A program made the translations under genes and the position numbers. The notes beneath the pieces are model-generated. The model did not search any database. It was given only the letters and a program-made list of their open reading frames with translations, and had not been told where the DNA came from. From Patescibacteria group bacterium (GTDB lineage Bacteria > Patescibacteriota > Microgenomatia > UBA10105 > UBA927), in the NCBI GenBank assembly GCA_038063875.1, contig JBBTUH010000025.1, positions 1 through 56,254 of the forward strand: 56,254 nucleotides of DNA, in the 5' to 3' direction. Of the stretch, positions 9,805-20,003 are shown piece after piece; position 1 is the first letter of the stretch, and each line of letters opens with the position of its first letter.

Positions 9805-11127
9805 TTACGCTGTTGGTGAAAACACCGCAGCCGCCTGTTGTCTCTCCGCAATTTTCCCCAAACCTCGTTTCACTGTATATCCCAATACATCCAACGCCAT
9901 ATCTTTGGATACCATCACACTTTTATATCGATTAATTCCCATCTGCATCACAGCGGGGACCGCATCTATGCCATGTGCACCCAAAAATTCGGCAATACCA
10001 GTCGTATAGCTTATCCAATGTGGCACATCTGGGGTCAAATTAAGCCATCGTTCAAAAAAATTCTTAAATACGATACTTTTAGAGATAGATGCAGTTTTCT
10101 CAATAGCCTTTGGAGCTGCTTTTAACACCCGAGATTCTATTCCTTTCTGGATTATATTTTTTCCAAGCATCCTATCAGCTAAATGAGCATCTAATAATAA
10201 AGTTGTTTTATCTGTCACTTCCTTTGCGGCTGTCTTTGCGGATCGCAAAGCACCTCGATATTTCCATTTATCGACAAGGTTATACCATTTTACATCGTGT
10301 GTTAAACCAGCTTCCGTTAATTTACCTATGTATGCCACCTTTGCACCCAATTCAGCTCGCTTCTGTAACACAGATACACCCCGAACACCCGCCTTTTCCA
10401 TCATATTCTTTGCTAGCAATCTTGTACCCTTTTCTGAGGCCATACTATAATCTTTTGCAAGCGATGCCGCTCCCACATTTTTTACATTAAATGGAGATGT
10501 TACTATGCTGAATATATCTCGAGCTGCAGTTTTGGATCGATACAACAAATCCTTTGCCCACCCCACCTTTGGCATGTTTTTATACACTTCTTCAGCGGCT
10601 TTCAACGCTTCTACACTTCCTTTTACATGCACAATAGCATTTACGGAACGCCCTGAATTAAATGCAGTCTTTGCGTATCGAGCAGCTTTCGACAATCTCA
10701 CTGCTGGCTCAAATTTAATGGCTTTCGATGCGAATGCTGCTGCACTTACATCTTTCCAAGCAAGATCCGCATTTTTTGTTATCCCCAACAGCCCCGTCCC
10801 CAAGCCCTTCCCCTCTCCAATCACCGGAATTAAACTCAGGGCCAGCGAGGCGTTTGCTTTCAACTCTTTAAACATTATTTCTTTTTGCTTTTTTAGATGT
10901 GGCTTGATCGTCTCCCCCATCCCCTTCCAAAATCCCATATCCTCGATACTTCGGGTGACGACGTGTTGAGGACTCATCGCCTCTGCCATCATCCGTTCGC
11001 GGGCCGCCAACACCTTTTCCTGCTGTTCCGGCGCCAACTTTAAAAACTCCGGTAAGTCTTCTAATCGCGTTTGACGCGACATATCCTCCGGCATTGGTTG
11101 TGGTGGTCGTTCTCCCATCTCACTCAT
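9805..11127 (-). CDS. Hypothetical Ala/Lys-rich protein with hydrophobic segments (440 aa)
   Basis: Long ORF; LALSLIPVIGEG segment; TATACT 6 nt before the ATG. Confidence 0.85.
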   Translation of the reverse strand: MSEMGERPPQPMPEDMSRQTRLEDLPEFLKLAPEQQEKVLAARERMMAEAMSPQHVVTRSIEDMGFWKGMGETIKPHLKKQKEIMFKELKANASLALSLIPVIGEGKGLGTGLLGITKNADLAWKDVSAAAFASKAIKFEPAVRLSKAARYAKTAFNSGRSVNAIVHVKGSVEALKAAEEVYKNMPKVGWAKDLLYRSKTAARDIFSIVTSPFNVKNVGAASLAKDYSMASEKGTRLLAKNMMEKAGVRGVSVLQKRAELGAKVAYIGKLTEAGLTHDVKWYNLVDKWKYRGALRSAKTAAKEVTDKTTLLLDAHLADRMLGKNIIQKGIESRVLKAAPKAIEKTASISKSIVFKNFFERWLNLTPDVPHWISYTTGIAEFLGAHGIDAVPAVMQMGINRYKSVMVSKDMALDVLGYTVKRGLGKIAERQQAAAVFSPTA

Positions 11128-11168
11128 ACCTCTAGTATACGGAAATTACCCTCATTTTGCAACAACAT

Positions 11169-11202
11169 TGTCATTGCGAGAAGTCTTCAACGAAGCAATC
11201 TC
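11169..11202. repeat. REP/RPE-like element
   Basis: gtcattgcgag...cgaagcaatctc pattern. Confidence 0.55.
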
Positions 11203-11513
11203 TAAATCCCCTTATTTCCCCCATTTTCCTTAATCCACCAAGTTTCCTAAATAACTATAACATTCTTTTTTCTACTCTCTTCAAAATGAATACGTTTATT
11301 TCGACCAATATTCCTATGCCATCCGCGATATGTAATTCGTCGTTTTAATTTATCGATAATTTTTGCTTTCATACAAAAAGCATATCACAATTTCCATCGA
11401 ATATTGTATTCCCGCCTGAAGATTTTTCATATCGTTTCTTTTGGGTGAACAAAGAAAGCATGAGCAATGTTACAAATGCAAAAAATATATAAAAATGTTT
11501 ATGAAGCGACAAA

Positions 11514-11798
11514 CTAACTCAATATCCCATCCACTCCCGCTTTTATGGTAGACGCGGCGGTCTCCATTCTCTTTTTCTCTTGAAGCTTAGCCTTACCGAC
11601 TATTTGATCCAGCACCTCATACACAGATTTTTTATATTCAGAAATAGACGCTTTGTATTTCCCATCAAATTCATCAATAATCGTCTCTAAAGCCTTCGTA
11701 TCTTCCTCACTATACGTATCCACAGCCGCTAAGATCGCGATCTTATCTTCATCAGAAAACAGCGCCGTCTCTTTAATTTTTTGCTTTAAATTTTGCAT
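11514..11798 (-). CDS. Small acidic helical protein, family S (94 aa)
   Basis: IKETALFSDEDK...SEEDTKALE.IID.FD..Y. Confidence 0.87.
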   Translation of the reverse strand: MQNLKQKIKETALFSDEDKIAILAAVDTYSEEDTKALETIIDEFDGKYKASISEYKKSVYEVLDQIVGKAKLQEKKRMETAASTIKAGVDGILS

Positions 11799-11801
11799 AT
11801 A

Positions 11802-12401
11802 TTATTTCCCCATCGCCATCATAGATAATCCAGTTCCAATATTTCGAATTGCACCCATAGCTGGCGTACTCAGAAGCGTCGCAGCAACCCACTTGCCACC
11901 TGTGATGAGCAACTTGTTGTTTGGATTTGGTATGTCAGCAATTCCCCATCCAGCAACCATAGACATGATCCAATCAAGTGTTCCGGTTGGAAGTAAATTT
12001 TCCACGGCCGCCCGTTTATTATATGGTTGCCATACTGATTCAAACCCTAACGCTGCACCAAGTTGTCCAGCACCTAAAGCACCTTTGCCTGCACTAGTAA
12101 AAATATTTTCATTACCATGAGTTATGGCTCCGATTGCTCCACCAATCAATGCTCCCTGTATTCCAACACCTACTTCATTTTTTACAGTTTCTTCGAGTCC
12201 GACCTTATATTGCTTTATTCCTGCAGCAACGAGCTTCTTTCCCGCACTTTCACGAGCACCAGCGACTTGCTCTTGAAGCTTTTTCCCACTCTCGTTCATC
12301 ACATCCACGACCTGCTGTTGTTCGGGATTGAGCACAAATTCAGCTGGCTTCGGGGCTTCGGCTTTACCGACGTATTGAGGATGTGAGATATTTTCTGCCA
12401 T
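11802..12401 (-). CDS. Hypothetical glycine-zipper membrane-associated protein (199 aa)
   Basis: GVGIQGALIGGAIGA and GKGALGAGQLGAALG GxxxG runs. Confidence 0.82.
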   Translation of the reverse strand: MAENISHPQYVGKAEAPKPAEFVLNPEQQQVVDVMNESGKKLQEQVAGARESAGKKLVAAGIKQYKVGLEETVKNEVGVGIQGALIGGAIGAITHGNENIFTSAGKGALGAGQLGAALGFESVWQPYNKRAAVENLLPTGTLDWIMSMVAGWGIADIPNPNNKLLITGGKWVAATLLSTPAMGAIRNIGTGLSMMAMGK

Positions 12402-12439
12402 TCTAAGAAGAATGTATCACACACACACAGGAAAATCAA

Positions 12440-12838
12440 CTACTTGAGGAGTCTAAACCCATTCTGCTCGTAGTGATGATCAAAGGAGAAAAATGTTTTA
12501 ATTCCCAAATTTCGTGCGATTACCATGTTCGTACAATCCGTTAAAGATACTTTCTTTGAAGTTTGTTTTAAAAAGAACGTAAATACATCAGCAGCTAATG
12601 TTTCGACCATATATTGAATAATCGTATCAGAAGATTGAAGATTCGCAATAAATGCCCGCGCCATATCCCGACTGTAATAGTAACTCAACTTGGTTGTGAC
12701 CTCATCGACAACCTCCCATGAAGTCACCGTAGACTCATGCGACAACTCTAACATTTTAGCCACACGTAACGCCTTTACCTGATTTGAATCTTCTTTCAAA
12801 TTAAGCGCAAGATACGCATCAGAATCTATAAATATCAT
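12440..12838 (-). CDS. vapC: PIN domain toxin
   Basis: IFIDSDAY, VVDEV, SLTDC, FSFDHHY. Confidence 0.92.
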   Translation of the reverse strand: MIFIDSDAYLALNLKEDSNQVKALRVAKMLELSHESTVTSWEVVDEVTTKLSYYYSRDMARAFIANLQSSDTIIQYMVETLAADVFTFFLKQTSKKVSLTDCTNMVIARNLGIKTFFSFDHHYEQNGFRLLK

Positions 12839-13077
12839 GGAAGTTTATATAAATAATCATCGTTAGTGCTGAAGTCCTTCGGCACCTTCCCCTTATACGC
12901 ATGTTTTGCCATCTCAAGCATCACCTCGGCAGCTGGACGTTTTTTTATGAGTGCAGGAAGATCTTTTGCTAATTTTTGACGCGCTATAGAAGACACGCTC
13001 GTTTTTTGGGCCACAGCCAACGCTCGTAAATTAGCAAGCAATTCTTCTGGAAGCAAAAGCTGTGTTCGTATCATCAT
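12835..13077 (-). CDS. RHH/CopG-type antitoxin
   Basis: MIRTQLLL...SVSSIAR; overlaps the PIN gene; ATACACC x3 (13080-13100) in the promoter. Confidence 0.8.
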   Translation of the reverse strand: MMIRTQLLLPEELLANLRALAVAQKTSVSSIARQKLAKDLPALIKKRPAAEVMLEMAKHAYKGKVPKDFSTNDDYLYKLP

Positions 13078-13246
13078 ATATACACCATACACCATACACC
13101 ACTTTCTGTCAATACAACACAATCTCTAGCCTCCCATAAACTCCTTTAGATTCCTCTAAAATTCTTTAATCTTATAAAGAGTACGTACGTATTCTCGTTG
13201 TTTTCGCTGTGCCCTGCATAGTCTGGCTCAGCCAGACGACGTGGGG

Positions 13247-15673
13247 TTAATTCGGCCTCGCCATCCCCTGAAGCACCTGATGTGGCCCTAATTCTTTCAC
13301 TCGTTCATTTTTCTTATTAAGCTCTGAAAAATCTATCATCTGCTCAGCAATTTTCTCAAACTGTAGATCATGGGTTATGGCTATCACTGTCATCTCCGGC
13401 CTCTTTTTTCGAAGCGAGGAAATAATGTCGATCACCTGTTGCGCGGACCGTTCATCCAAGCTCGCCGTCGGCTCATCCAAAAATAAAATAGAAGGATTCT
13501 GAAGTAACGCCCGCGCAATGCCGATGCGTACCCTTTCACCACCAGAGAGATGTTTATTTTCCGAATCCAACCGTTCAGCCAAATGATCAAGGTTTAAGTC
13601 AGACAATGTTTGTCGTACTTCTTGATCAGGCACATCTCGCCGCACCCACTGCGTGAGATTTTCGCGAAGTGTCAAGCTTTCAAAAAACTTCACATCCTGA
13701 TTCGCATACCCAATTTTCGTAAACAACGACTCATCCCCATATTTTTTTATATTTTCCAAAGGAATCCCACCAATTTTTACGGTATCTTGTGGCAAATCAT
13801 AGAGGTTGAGAAGCGACCGCATAAACGTCGTTTTCCCTATGCCAGACGTCCCCTTTATCGTCACAAATGTGCCTTGCGGGATATCCACAGACACATCAGT
13901 CAAGATATTTTTATAATTAAGATTCGACACAGACAATGAAAAGTCTTTGACGTCACTTACTGGTATGCGCTTGGCTTCCTTCAGCCCTTCCGGCCGATCC
14001 AACTCATCATACGGCCCCAATAGATCCTCCATCTTTTGGATATCGTCGAGCAGAGGCAAAATACGATTTACATAAAGTCCTGTGAGCTGTCCAAATTTAG
14101 CCTCTATCCCTTCTTGTACGCGCTTAGAATCTTGCCATAATGCAAATGACAAAAATCCTTGAGTATATACACCTCGCATCGGATTTAAATAAGCATCTAA
14201 CTGATCAATTAACTCCTTTTTTTCAACTGGCACTGTACGAACTAAAGTATTTTGATTCGTATGATATTTAATAAATTTTTTATCTTCAAATAAATCGCCC
14301 AACGTTCCTATTTTGAGTTTGCCATCCTGCATTATCGAATCAACCTTTTTGTTATCCTGCAAAAACCAACTTTTTGTTTTCGCTAATAACGCTTCGTCTC
14401 GTTTAAATTGTCCAATATCTCCTTTTTTTACATCTCCCATCACAGTTTTCCAAAGCGCAAAAAGCTCAACTACTGCGGGCACTCCAATGTTTAATGCTCT
14501 AAACCATTTTTGCTCTGGCTCTTCTTCACGTAATCCTTGTCGCAACCCACCACTTCGTATGACGTCTTTCATCTCCATTTGCTCGGATAATTTTTGGCTT
14601 GCTGTATCCATCGCAGGAGATGTTTGTATATTTTCAATATTAGAAAGCGTCGTCAACACTTTCGCATTTACCTTATTCCACTGCTCTAGTTCTCTACGAT
14701 TGTCAGCCAATAATTCTTTCGCTTGTCTACGAGACATGTTTATAAGAGGCTTTATCTTGGCGGCACCCAAGGCAAAATCAGGAAGCCCTCTTCCAACGAG
14801 TGTCGCTGGATATGTTCCCATATCAGCCAATAACGGATACAGCTCAAGATGCATTGTGCGATAAAATTCTAGCGTCGCCTTTTTTCCACGCTCAACCGCA
14901 GACAACACTTCGGAAGCTGGAATATCTTGATACTTAGTAAAGCGCCCCATGACGACAGAGTCGCTAACACGTTTATTTATCTTTTCTTGCAAGCCTATGT
15001 ATGCGCGATCAAATAAGCTGGCAGCTCTATTTCGAAGAATTGACATCGGATATTTAAATAAAAATGGCGCCCATACAGGAGAAGTCTTAAGAGCAATAGA
15101 TTTAAAGTCTTTATCTGTTACTTTATTAAATTTTAGTCTTGTAATACCAAGATCCTGCACTTGCTTCCACACGTTTTTTCTAAGTGCTCCCCCTTTAAAG
15201 CTAAAAAAGACGCCCCACAATCCGTCTGTAACATTTCTAAATCCATCATCCAAGCCAAAAATTTTAGCTACTGTATTCCACCCCGCCTTTTCTTGCCCGT
15301 ATGTTTTATCTAAATCTTTAAGCGTTGAGCTTAACCGTCCAAAATCAAACGGATCTACATCGACTTCTTTTCCTTTCAGAGATTCAACTTTTGGAGGTTC
15401 TTCGGGTGTGATGATATCGTGCACTTCTTCCACCCACTTTTTCTCACCCTCAGGCGTTAATATCAGTCCTTCTTTCGCAAAATCTTTGGCTATCGCCTCG
15501 GCTAACTTTTTCTCATGAGACACTGATACATTTCCCTCGGCTATTACATCATTGACCACATCATTTGCCGCCTCCAAAGTCTTTTCGGACACCCGAAACG
15601 CCTCTGTCACTGCATGCAGCTCCGGCCCCTTCACGCGCGTCTTTACTGGCTGTTTGATCGCCTCTGCTCCCAT
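13247..15673 (-). CDS. ABC-exporter-like half transporter with intact ATPase and atypically polar N-terminal domain
   Basis: Walker A GTSGIGKT, Q-loop YANQD, LSGGE, ILFLDEPT, ITHD; TATAAT 6 nt before the ATG at 15673. Confidence 0.88.
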   Translation of the reverse strand: MGAEAIKQPVKTRVKGPELHAVTEAFRVSEKTLEAANDVVNDVIAEGNVSVSHEKKLAEAIAKDFAKEGLILTPEGEKKWVEEVHDIITPEEPPKVESLKGKEVDVDPFDFGRLSSTLKDLDKTYGQEKAGWNTVAKIFGLDDGFRNVTDGLWGVFFSFKGGALRKNVWKQVQDLGITRLKFNKVTDKDFKSIALKTSPVWAPFLFKYPMSILRNRAASLFDRAYIGLQEKINKRVSDSVVMGRFTKYQDIPASEVLSAVERGKKATLEFYRTMHLELYPLLADMGTYPATLVGRGLPDFALGAAKIKPLINMSRRQAKELLADNRRELEQWNKVNAKVLTTLSNIENIQTSPAMDTASQKLSEQMEMKDVIRSGGLRQGLREEEPEQKWFRALNIGVPAVVELFALWKTVMGDVKKGDIGQFKRDEALLAKTKSWFLQDNKKVDSIMQDGKLKIGTLGDLFEDKKFIKYHTNQNTLVRTVPVEKKELIDQLDAYLNPMRGVYTQGFLSFALWQDSKRVQEGIEAKFGQLTGLYVNRILPLLDDIQKMEDLLGPYDELDRPEGLKEAKRIPVSDVKDFSLSVSNLNYKNILTDVSVDIPQGTFVTIKGTSGIGKTTFMRSLLNLYDLPQDTVKIGGIPLENIKKYGDESLFTKIGYANQDVKFFESLTLRENLTQWVRRDVPDQEVRQTLSDLNLDHLAERLDSENKHLSGGERVRIGIARALLQNPSILFLDEPTASLDERSAQQVIDIISSLRKKRPEMTVIAITHDLQFEKIAEQMIDFSELNKKNERVKELGPHQVLQGMARPN

Positions 15674-15727
15674 ACGCCTATTATACCGCAAACTATGATT
15701 TTACTCCCTGTGTTATAATAACTTTGT

Positions 15728-15985
15728 ATGCAAACGACACTGCTTCAATACCAAGTGCTCATCAAACGGGAAGAAAAAAACTATATTTCCTATGTCCCAA
15801 CCTTGGGTATTTCTGACTTTGGTAAAACTATTGAAGAAACCCAAAAAAACACAGAAAACGCTATCATTTGTCACATTGAAGGACTTATAAAAACAAACAC
15901 AGACGTGCCAGCACCCGACAGTGGAGATGTATACCTTAGTCAAACAAATATCACGCTGCCCTATCCCATCCGCTTTGCTATCTAA
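15728..15985 (+). CDS. hicB: HicB-family antitoxin
   Basis: YISYVPTLGISDFGKTIEE...AI.CHIEGL. Confidence 0.88.
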   Translation: MQTTLLQYQVLIKREEKNYISYVPTLGISDFGKTIEETQKNTENAIICHIEGLIKTNTDVPAPDSGDVYLSQTNITLPYPIRFAI

Positions 15986-15990
15986 TTGCT

Positions 15991-16209
15991 ATGCCTAAAC
16001 TTGTGCCACGAAAGCCTCTAGAAATTGAGCGCATTCTTCTTCATAATGGTTTTGTTATGAACACCAGCAAAAGCAGTCATCGCCAGTATTTCAACGCCGC
16101 CACCAAGGCCCACACAACTGTCCCGTTTCATTCAAAAACTATTCCAGTAGGCACACTTCGCAGCATCGTACGTCAATCACTTTTATCAATCGATCTTTTT
16201 CGAAAATAA
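15991..16209 (+). CDS. hicA: HicA-family toxin
   Basis: GF..SSH...TTVPFH..IPVGTLRSI. Confidence 0.9.
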   Translation: MPKLVPRKPLEIERILLHNGFVMNTSKSSHRQYFNAATKAHTTVPFHSKTIPVGTLRSIVRQSLLSIDLFRK

Positions 16210-16234
16210 TCACCGCCAAGGGGTGTATAAATAG

Positions 16235-17005
16235 TTACCCTACAATCTTCCCTTCCACCACGTCTGCAGGATTTGGCTTGGTGTAGATCGGGCCTTCGTA
16301 ATGAGGTTGTGCCTCTCGCGCCGCCTGCGCAGCTGCTTGTTCTTTTTGTAAAGCCTGCGCCTGAAGATTTCGTATTTCTTGCCGCGCTCGAAGAAGCTCC
16401 CGCTCAAGCACCACAATTGTCGCACCACTCACAGAGACTTCTTTTTCCAACTGCCTTTTCTCCGCTTTCAACACCACCAACGTATGATCCACATGCTTAT
16501 ATTTCAAGGCCAACTCAATCTGCGCATCTTTCACCGTATCCAATTTTGCTTCTTTCACATGTTCCCCCACCGGACGCTTATTTTCGAGGGTATGCAGAGT
16601 TTTGTCATCAATGACTTGCGCCGGAATATTGATTTCTTTATGAAACTTACTCTTTATCGTTTCAAATAAATTCAACTTCTTCCATTCTCCTGATTTGCGA
16701 TCGTACTTCACTGGTTTGTCTGCCAATTTCCCCCACATATTGAGTTCCTTGGTATACGTTTTTCGCGTCGCAAATTGCACTTTGGTCATGTCACTTTTCT
16801 CGGGAAAACTGTAGTCGCTGATGACTTTATCGCCTTCGTTCACTCTATACACCTCACGATTTGGCTGCCACTCGCCTTTCACTTCGTAGTGGAAATGATT
16901 CTCAGGCTTAGGAATGAGGTCTGCCAACTCCTTTATTTGCAACGGCGTAAACGGCAACTCTTTCATCTTCGGCCGCATCTCGCCCATGGATGGTTTTTCA
17001 GTCAT
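16235..17005 (-). CDS. Hypothetical protein with C-terminal coiled coil (256 aa)
   Basis: Long ORF, heptad-rich C-terminal half, extended -10 6 nt before the ATG. Confidence 0.82.
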   Translation of the reverse strand: MTEKPSMGEMRPKMKELPFTPLQIKELADLIPKPENHFHYEVKGEWQPNREVYRVNEGDKVISDYSFPEKSDMTKVQFATRKTYTKELNMWGKLADKPVKYDRKSGEWKKLNLFETIKSKFHKEINIPAQVIDDKTLHTLENKRPVGEHVKEAKLDTVKDAQIELALKYKHVDHTLVVLKAEKRQLEKEVSVSGATIVVLERELLRARQEIRNLQAQALQKEQAAAQAAREAQPHYEGPIYTKPNPADVVEGKIVG

Positions 17006-17012
17006 GTTCTTA

Positions 17013-17342
17013 TTATATCACCTGTATCCCGTATTTACGGATTTCAGACGCCAATGGATCATATTTATCAGCCAAATCAATTGGGTTATACGGATGCGGT
17101 TCGATATCAAACAACCGGTCATCACGCGCCCGCATCAGTCCCACTCTTTCCGTATGTCTATTATTTCCAAAGGCTGGAGACACCACGCAGACATCGATAT
17201 CACTCCACTGTTTAGCAGTACCTTTGGCTTGTGAGCCAAAAACGATAAGTTGGGTAAACTGCACCCCCTTATCACGAAGCTCTTTTCCATACAAACGAAC
17301 TATGTCTGTAACGTGCGTATTTAAAACTTGTTTTGCAGCCAT
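17013..17342 (-). CDS. Minimal nucleotidyltransferase (MNT) antitoxin
   Basis: FGSQAKG...SDIDV. Confidence 0.9.
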   Translation of the reverse strand: MAAKQVLNTHVTDIVRLYGKELRDKGVQFTQLIVFGSQAKGTAKQWSDIDVCVVSPAFGNNRHTERVGLMRARDDRLFDIEPHPYNPIDLADKYDPLASEIRKYGIQVI

Positions 17343-17707
17343 ACAAAAACCTCCTCACACAACGCCTGCCATTTTTCTCGATATACTTTTTCAGTTACTT
17401 TTTTATAAAAACTTCTCTTGTAATCATCATACCGGGCATCAATACTATATGTAGTTATTTCATTAAGCCAATCTTGTTGAAGTTGAGACAGTGGTATTCC
17501 CGCTTGCTTTGCAAGCTTTAACAGATCATGAGTAAATATAGGAGTATCATCTTTTTTTGAAATTATTCCTTTAAATAGTTTTTCTATCGCTAAATGCCAC
17601 TGAAAAAATGCCCAATCATAATGTTTAGATGTATACGATTCGTTTGCAACTTCACGCGTTTCTACCGCCGAATCAAGCCAATATTTCACGCGCTCTTCAT
17701 TGCTCAT
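17321..17707 (-). CDS. HEPN domain protein
   Basis: WAFF..HLAIEK.FK, THDL..L, ARY. Confidence 0.9.
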   Translation of the reverse strand: MSNEERVKYWLDSAVETREVANESYTSKHYDWAFFQWHLAIEKLFKGIISKKDDTPIFTHDLLKLAKQAGIPLSQLQQDWLNEITTYSIDARYDDYKRSFYKKVTEKVYREKWQALCEEVFVWLQNKF

Positions 17708-17801
17708 GATTGTATTGTACCATGGAGGTTATAGTGCGCAAACATAACCTAAGGGTTCCTAATATACTAGGAACTAGGAATATATATGCATGTCATATTT
17801 T

Positions 17802-18737
17802 TCAACTACGTTCACCAGCAATTTTCTTTAAATACTCGCCAAATTTTTCCGTTATCACAAACGCACCGATACCCTTTCCAAGATCAACAATATCCCCCAT
17901 TTTTTTGTCCGTAAACACGGCAAAACCCTTACGCCACCACCCGGGCTTTAAGGCAATATCTTTATCAATCCACGCTACTGATCCGTCTGTATAAGACTTT
18001 ATAAAAAGTGGCTGCCATTGACCATCTGCATTAAGCGCCCTCGTGACAACTGCGTTTGCAATAGCCTCTGCTTGCTGATTATTTAAATCATGACTTCCAA
18101 AAGAGAAATTTAATCCCTTAGGTAAAATATTCTTTACATTGAACTGTTTATCTAACCTATCAAATCCCGCAATCAGCTCCTCTATCTCATCTTTATCAGC
18201 ATTCATCATCACCGTGAACATATTAGGTATTGGGAACTGCTCTGCCCGAGATTTGTTTTCCCCACTGGATAATTTCTTCTCTGGATCAGCTATAGGGGTT
18301 TTCTTGCGTACATTTCTCATTCGTTCACCAATTCTTGTCAAAAAGTCAGCTCCCCCCTGCCCAAATGCCTCTAAGCCTTTTCCAACAAATGGAACTTCAC
18401 CTGTCCATTTCCGAACAGTTTCATTCCCAACTAATAACCCTCCATACGTAATCGTCCCTGTCACCAATGCTGCCGCCCCATAGTTTCCCACCACTTTGAT
18501 CTTGGCAGCAGTAGCAATATCTTTCTCCAGCTTCTCCATCGCCTTCCCTCGATCTTCATCGGACAACGAGGAGTTTATTGCGATCATTTCTTGAATTTCT
18601 TTGGCATGTTTCTCACGCCACACTTCTTCCGCACCCTTGAAGGTAAATGATTTTCGAAGTTTCTCCTTGCCCCACGCCACGAGTGTCCGCTTCTCAGGAG
18701 CCTTCGCCATACCTGTAAACACCACATTCTCTGTCAT
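17802..18737 (-). CDS. Hypothetical protein, family L2 (311 aa), one hydrophobic segment
   Basis: N-terminal VFTGMAKAP; GAAALVTGTITYGGLLVG; paralog of 20004-20939. Confidence 0.85.
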   Translation of the reverse strand: MTENVVFTGMAKAPEKRTLVAWGKEKLRKSFTFKGAEEVWREKHAKEIQEMIAINSSLSDEDRGKAMEKLEKDIATAAKIKVVGNYGAAALVTGTITYGGLLVGNETVRKWTGEVPFVGKGLEAFGQGGADFLTRIGERMRNVRKKTPIADPEKKLSSGENKSRAEQFPIPNMFTVMMNADKDEIEELIAGFDRLDKQFNVKNILPKGLNFSFGSHDLNNQQAEAIANAVVTRALNADGQWQPLFIKSYTDGSVAWIDKDIALKPGWWRKGFAVFTDKKMGDIVDLGKGIGAFVITEKFGEYLKKIAGERS

Positions 18738-18777
18738 ATATTTTTCATTATATCACCCTAATCTCCCTTATCTCCTT

Positions 18778-19428
18778 TTACCTCGCCGAATCCGCCGGCT
18801 GGCGGAGAAGGCGGGCTTCATACTTCAACGCTCCTCTATCCTTATATGTCACCACTTCCCCATTCCCACTTTTCACGAGTTCTTCATTCACCAACGCGCC
18901 CTTCGTACACCCTTTCGGATTTTCTACCAAGCCTTCTTTCGACTGATTATTAGACAAATGCATATAGTCGGCAGGGAGAAACGTCGGTGTGCTTTCACAA
19001 TCCACCCACACCCACGCAAAAATTCGCTGTATTAAGGGTTCGTCTGTAAATAATTTCTTAAATATTTACAGTTACGACCCTTTATGCCGTATCTTCAAAT
19101 AAAAACAAGATTTTTTGATACGGCGTTGTCATCTTGATACCGACTTGCCCGCCGTAGCTTTAGCGAAGGAGGGTCCCTGCGCATTCACCCAGAGTAGCCG
19201 AACCGTCGCACCACTTTTCAGTGTAAACGTATCTCCATCTTCTACAACATCTACGCGTCCAACCACAGGAAACACGTTGGTATTCGTATAATAATTTGCA
19301 GGAGTAATGAGTTTTGCAGGATTCCACCCGAGAGCGATGGCCAAAAGGAGGCCAGGGATCATCACCATGGGGATTCCTAAAGCGAGGAGTCTTTTCCTAT
19401 TCCACAAAAGTTTCTTTTTCTTCTTCAT
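18778..19428 (-). pseudogene. Thermonuclease (SNase-like) pseudogene
   Basis: N-terminal TM, VEDGDTF, VRLL, RIFAWVW, LVNEELVKSG. RYQDD sits in a shifted frame; stops and palindromic insertions in the middle. Confidence 0.8.
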
Positions 19429-19495
19429 ACTCCCACTATATCGCGAATGTTTTTGCGTTAAAAGTTCTCTACCCCGCCACCACTTCGGCTTTCTC

Positions 19496-19717
19496 TCAAG
19501 CTTGAACAAATTCCTCTTTTTCAATCCCGCTTTCGCGCAGTATCGCCAAGAGTGTCCCTTTTTTCAAGTCTTTCAAATGGATGGGAATAACTGCACGTGT
19601 TTGGTGTATCGGATGTTTCATGGTCAAATGACTTCCGACCTGATGATGCGTTACAAATCCGAGTTTCTTAAGTTTTTTTACCACATCACGAGGAGTATAG
19701 CTAGGCAACTTAGGCAT
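19496..19717 (-). CDS. hicA: HicA-family toxin
   Basis: LGF...QVGSH...VIPIH...KGTL..I. Confidence 0.92.
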   Translation of the reverse strand: MPKLPSYTPRDVVKKLKKLGFVTHHQVGSHLTMKHPIHQTRAVIPIHLKDLKKGTLLAILRESGIEKEEFVQA

Positions 19718-19958
19718 ATGCAGCGTGAGGAGAAAGGGTCGATATATCTATCGTTGAGACAAAACTTATATCAGAAGGAGCTGATTCACCGTCTTTTGCG
19801 AGGCTTCCGAGGTACGATTCGATCGCCTCTTTAGCTGCATCGGACGCTGTTTCCACAGATTTACCGTAGGTCACACATCCTTTGAGCGCAGGGATTATAA
19901 CCGTATACCCACCCTCAGGCTCTTTTTGAAATACCGCAGTGTAATGATGGATTTTCAT
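19710..19958 (-). CDS. hicB: HicB-family antitoxin
   Basis: EGGYTVIIPALKGCVTYG...AKEAI. Confidence 0.92.
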   Translation of the reverse strand: MKIHHYTAVFQKEPEGGYTVIIPALKGCVTYGKSVETASDAAKEAIESYLGSLAKDGESAPSDISFVSTIDISTLSPHAAYA

Positions 19959-20003
19959 ACCAGTAGTATAGCATACTACCGTTCTCTACCCCGCCACCAC
20001 TTA

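Noticed and set aside
11249-11513. AT-rich stretch with a short hydrophobic minus-strand frame (~47 codons)
   Set aside because: No recognisable motif; may be a decayed gene but cannot be supported.
5816-11798. S proteins as WXG100/type VII substrates
   Set aside because: Size and helicity fit, but there is no central W-x-G motif and no FtsK/EssC ATPase in the window.
19129-19131. TGA read-through or genetic code 25
   Set aside because: Many intact genes end in TGA and long ORFs have no internal TGA; this stop belongs to a pseudogene.
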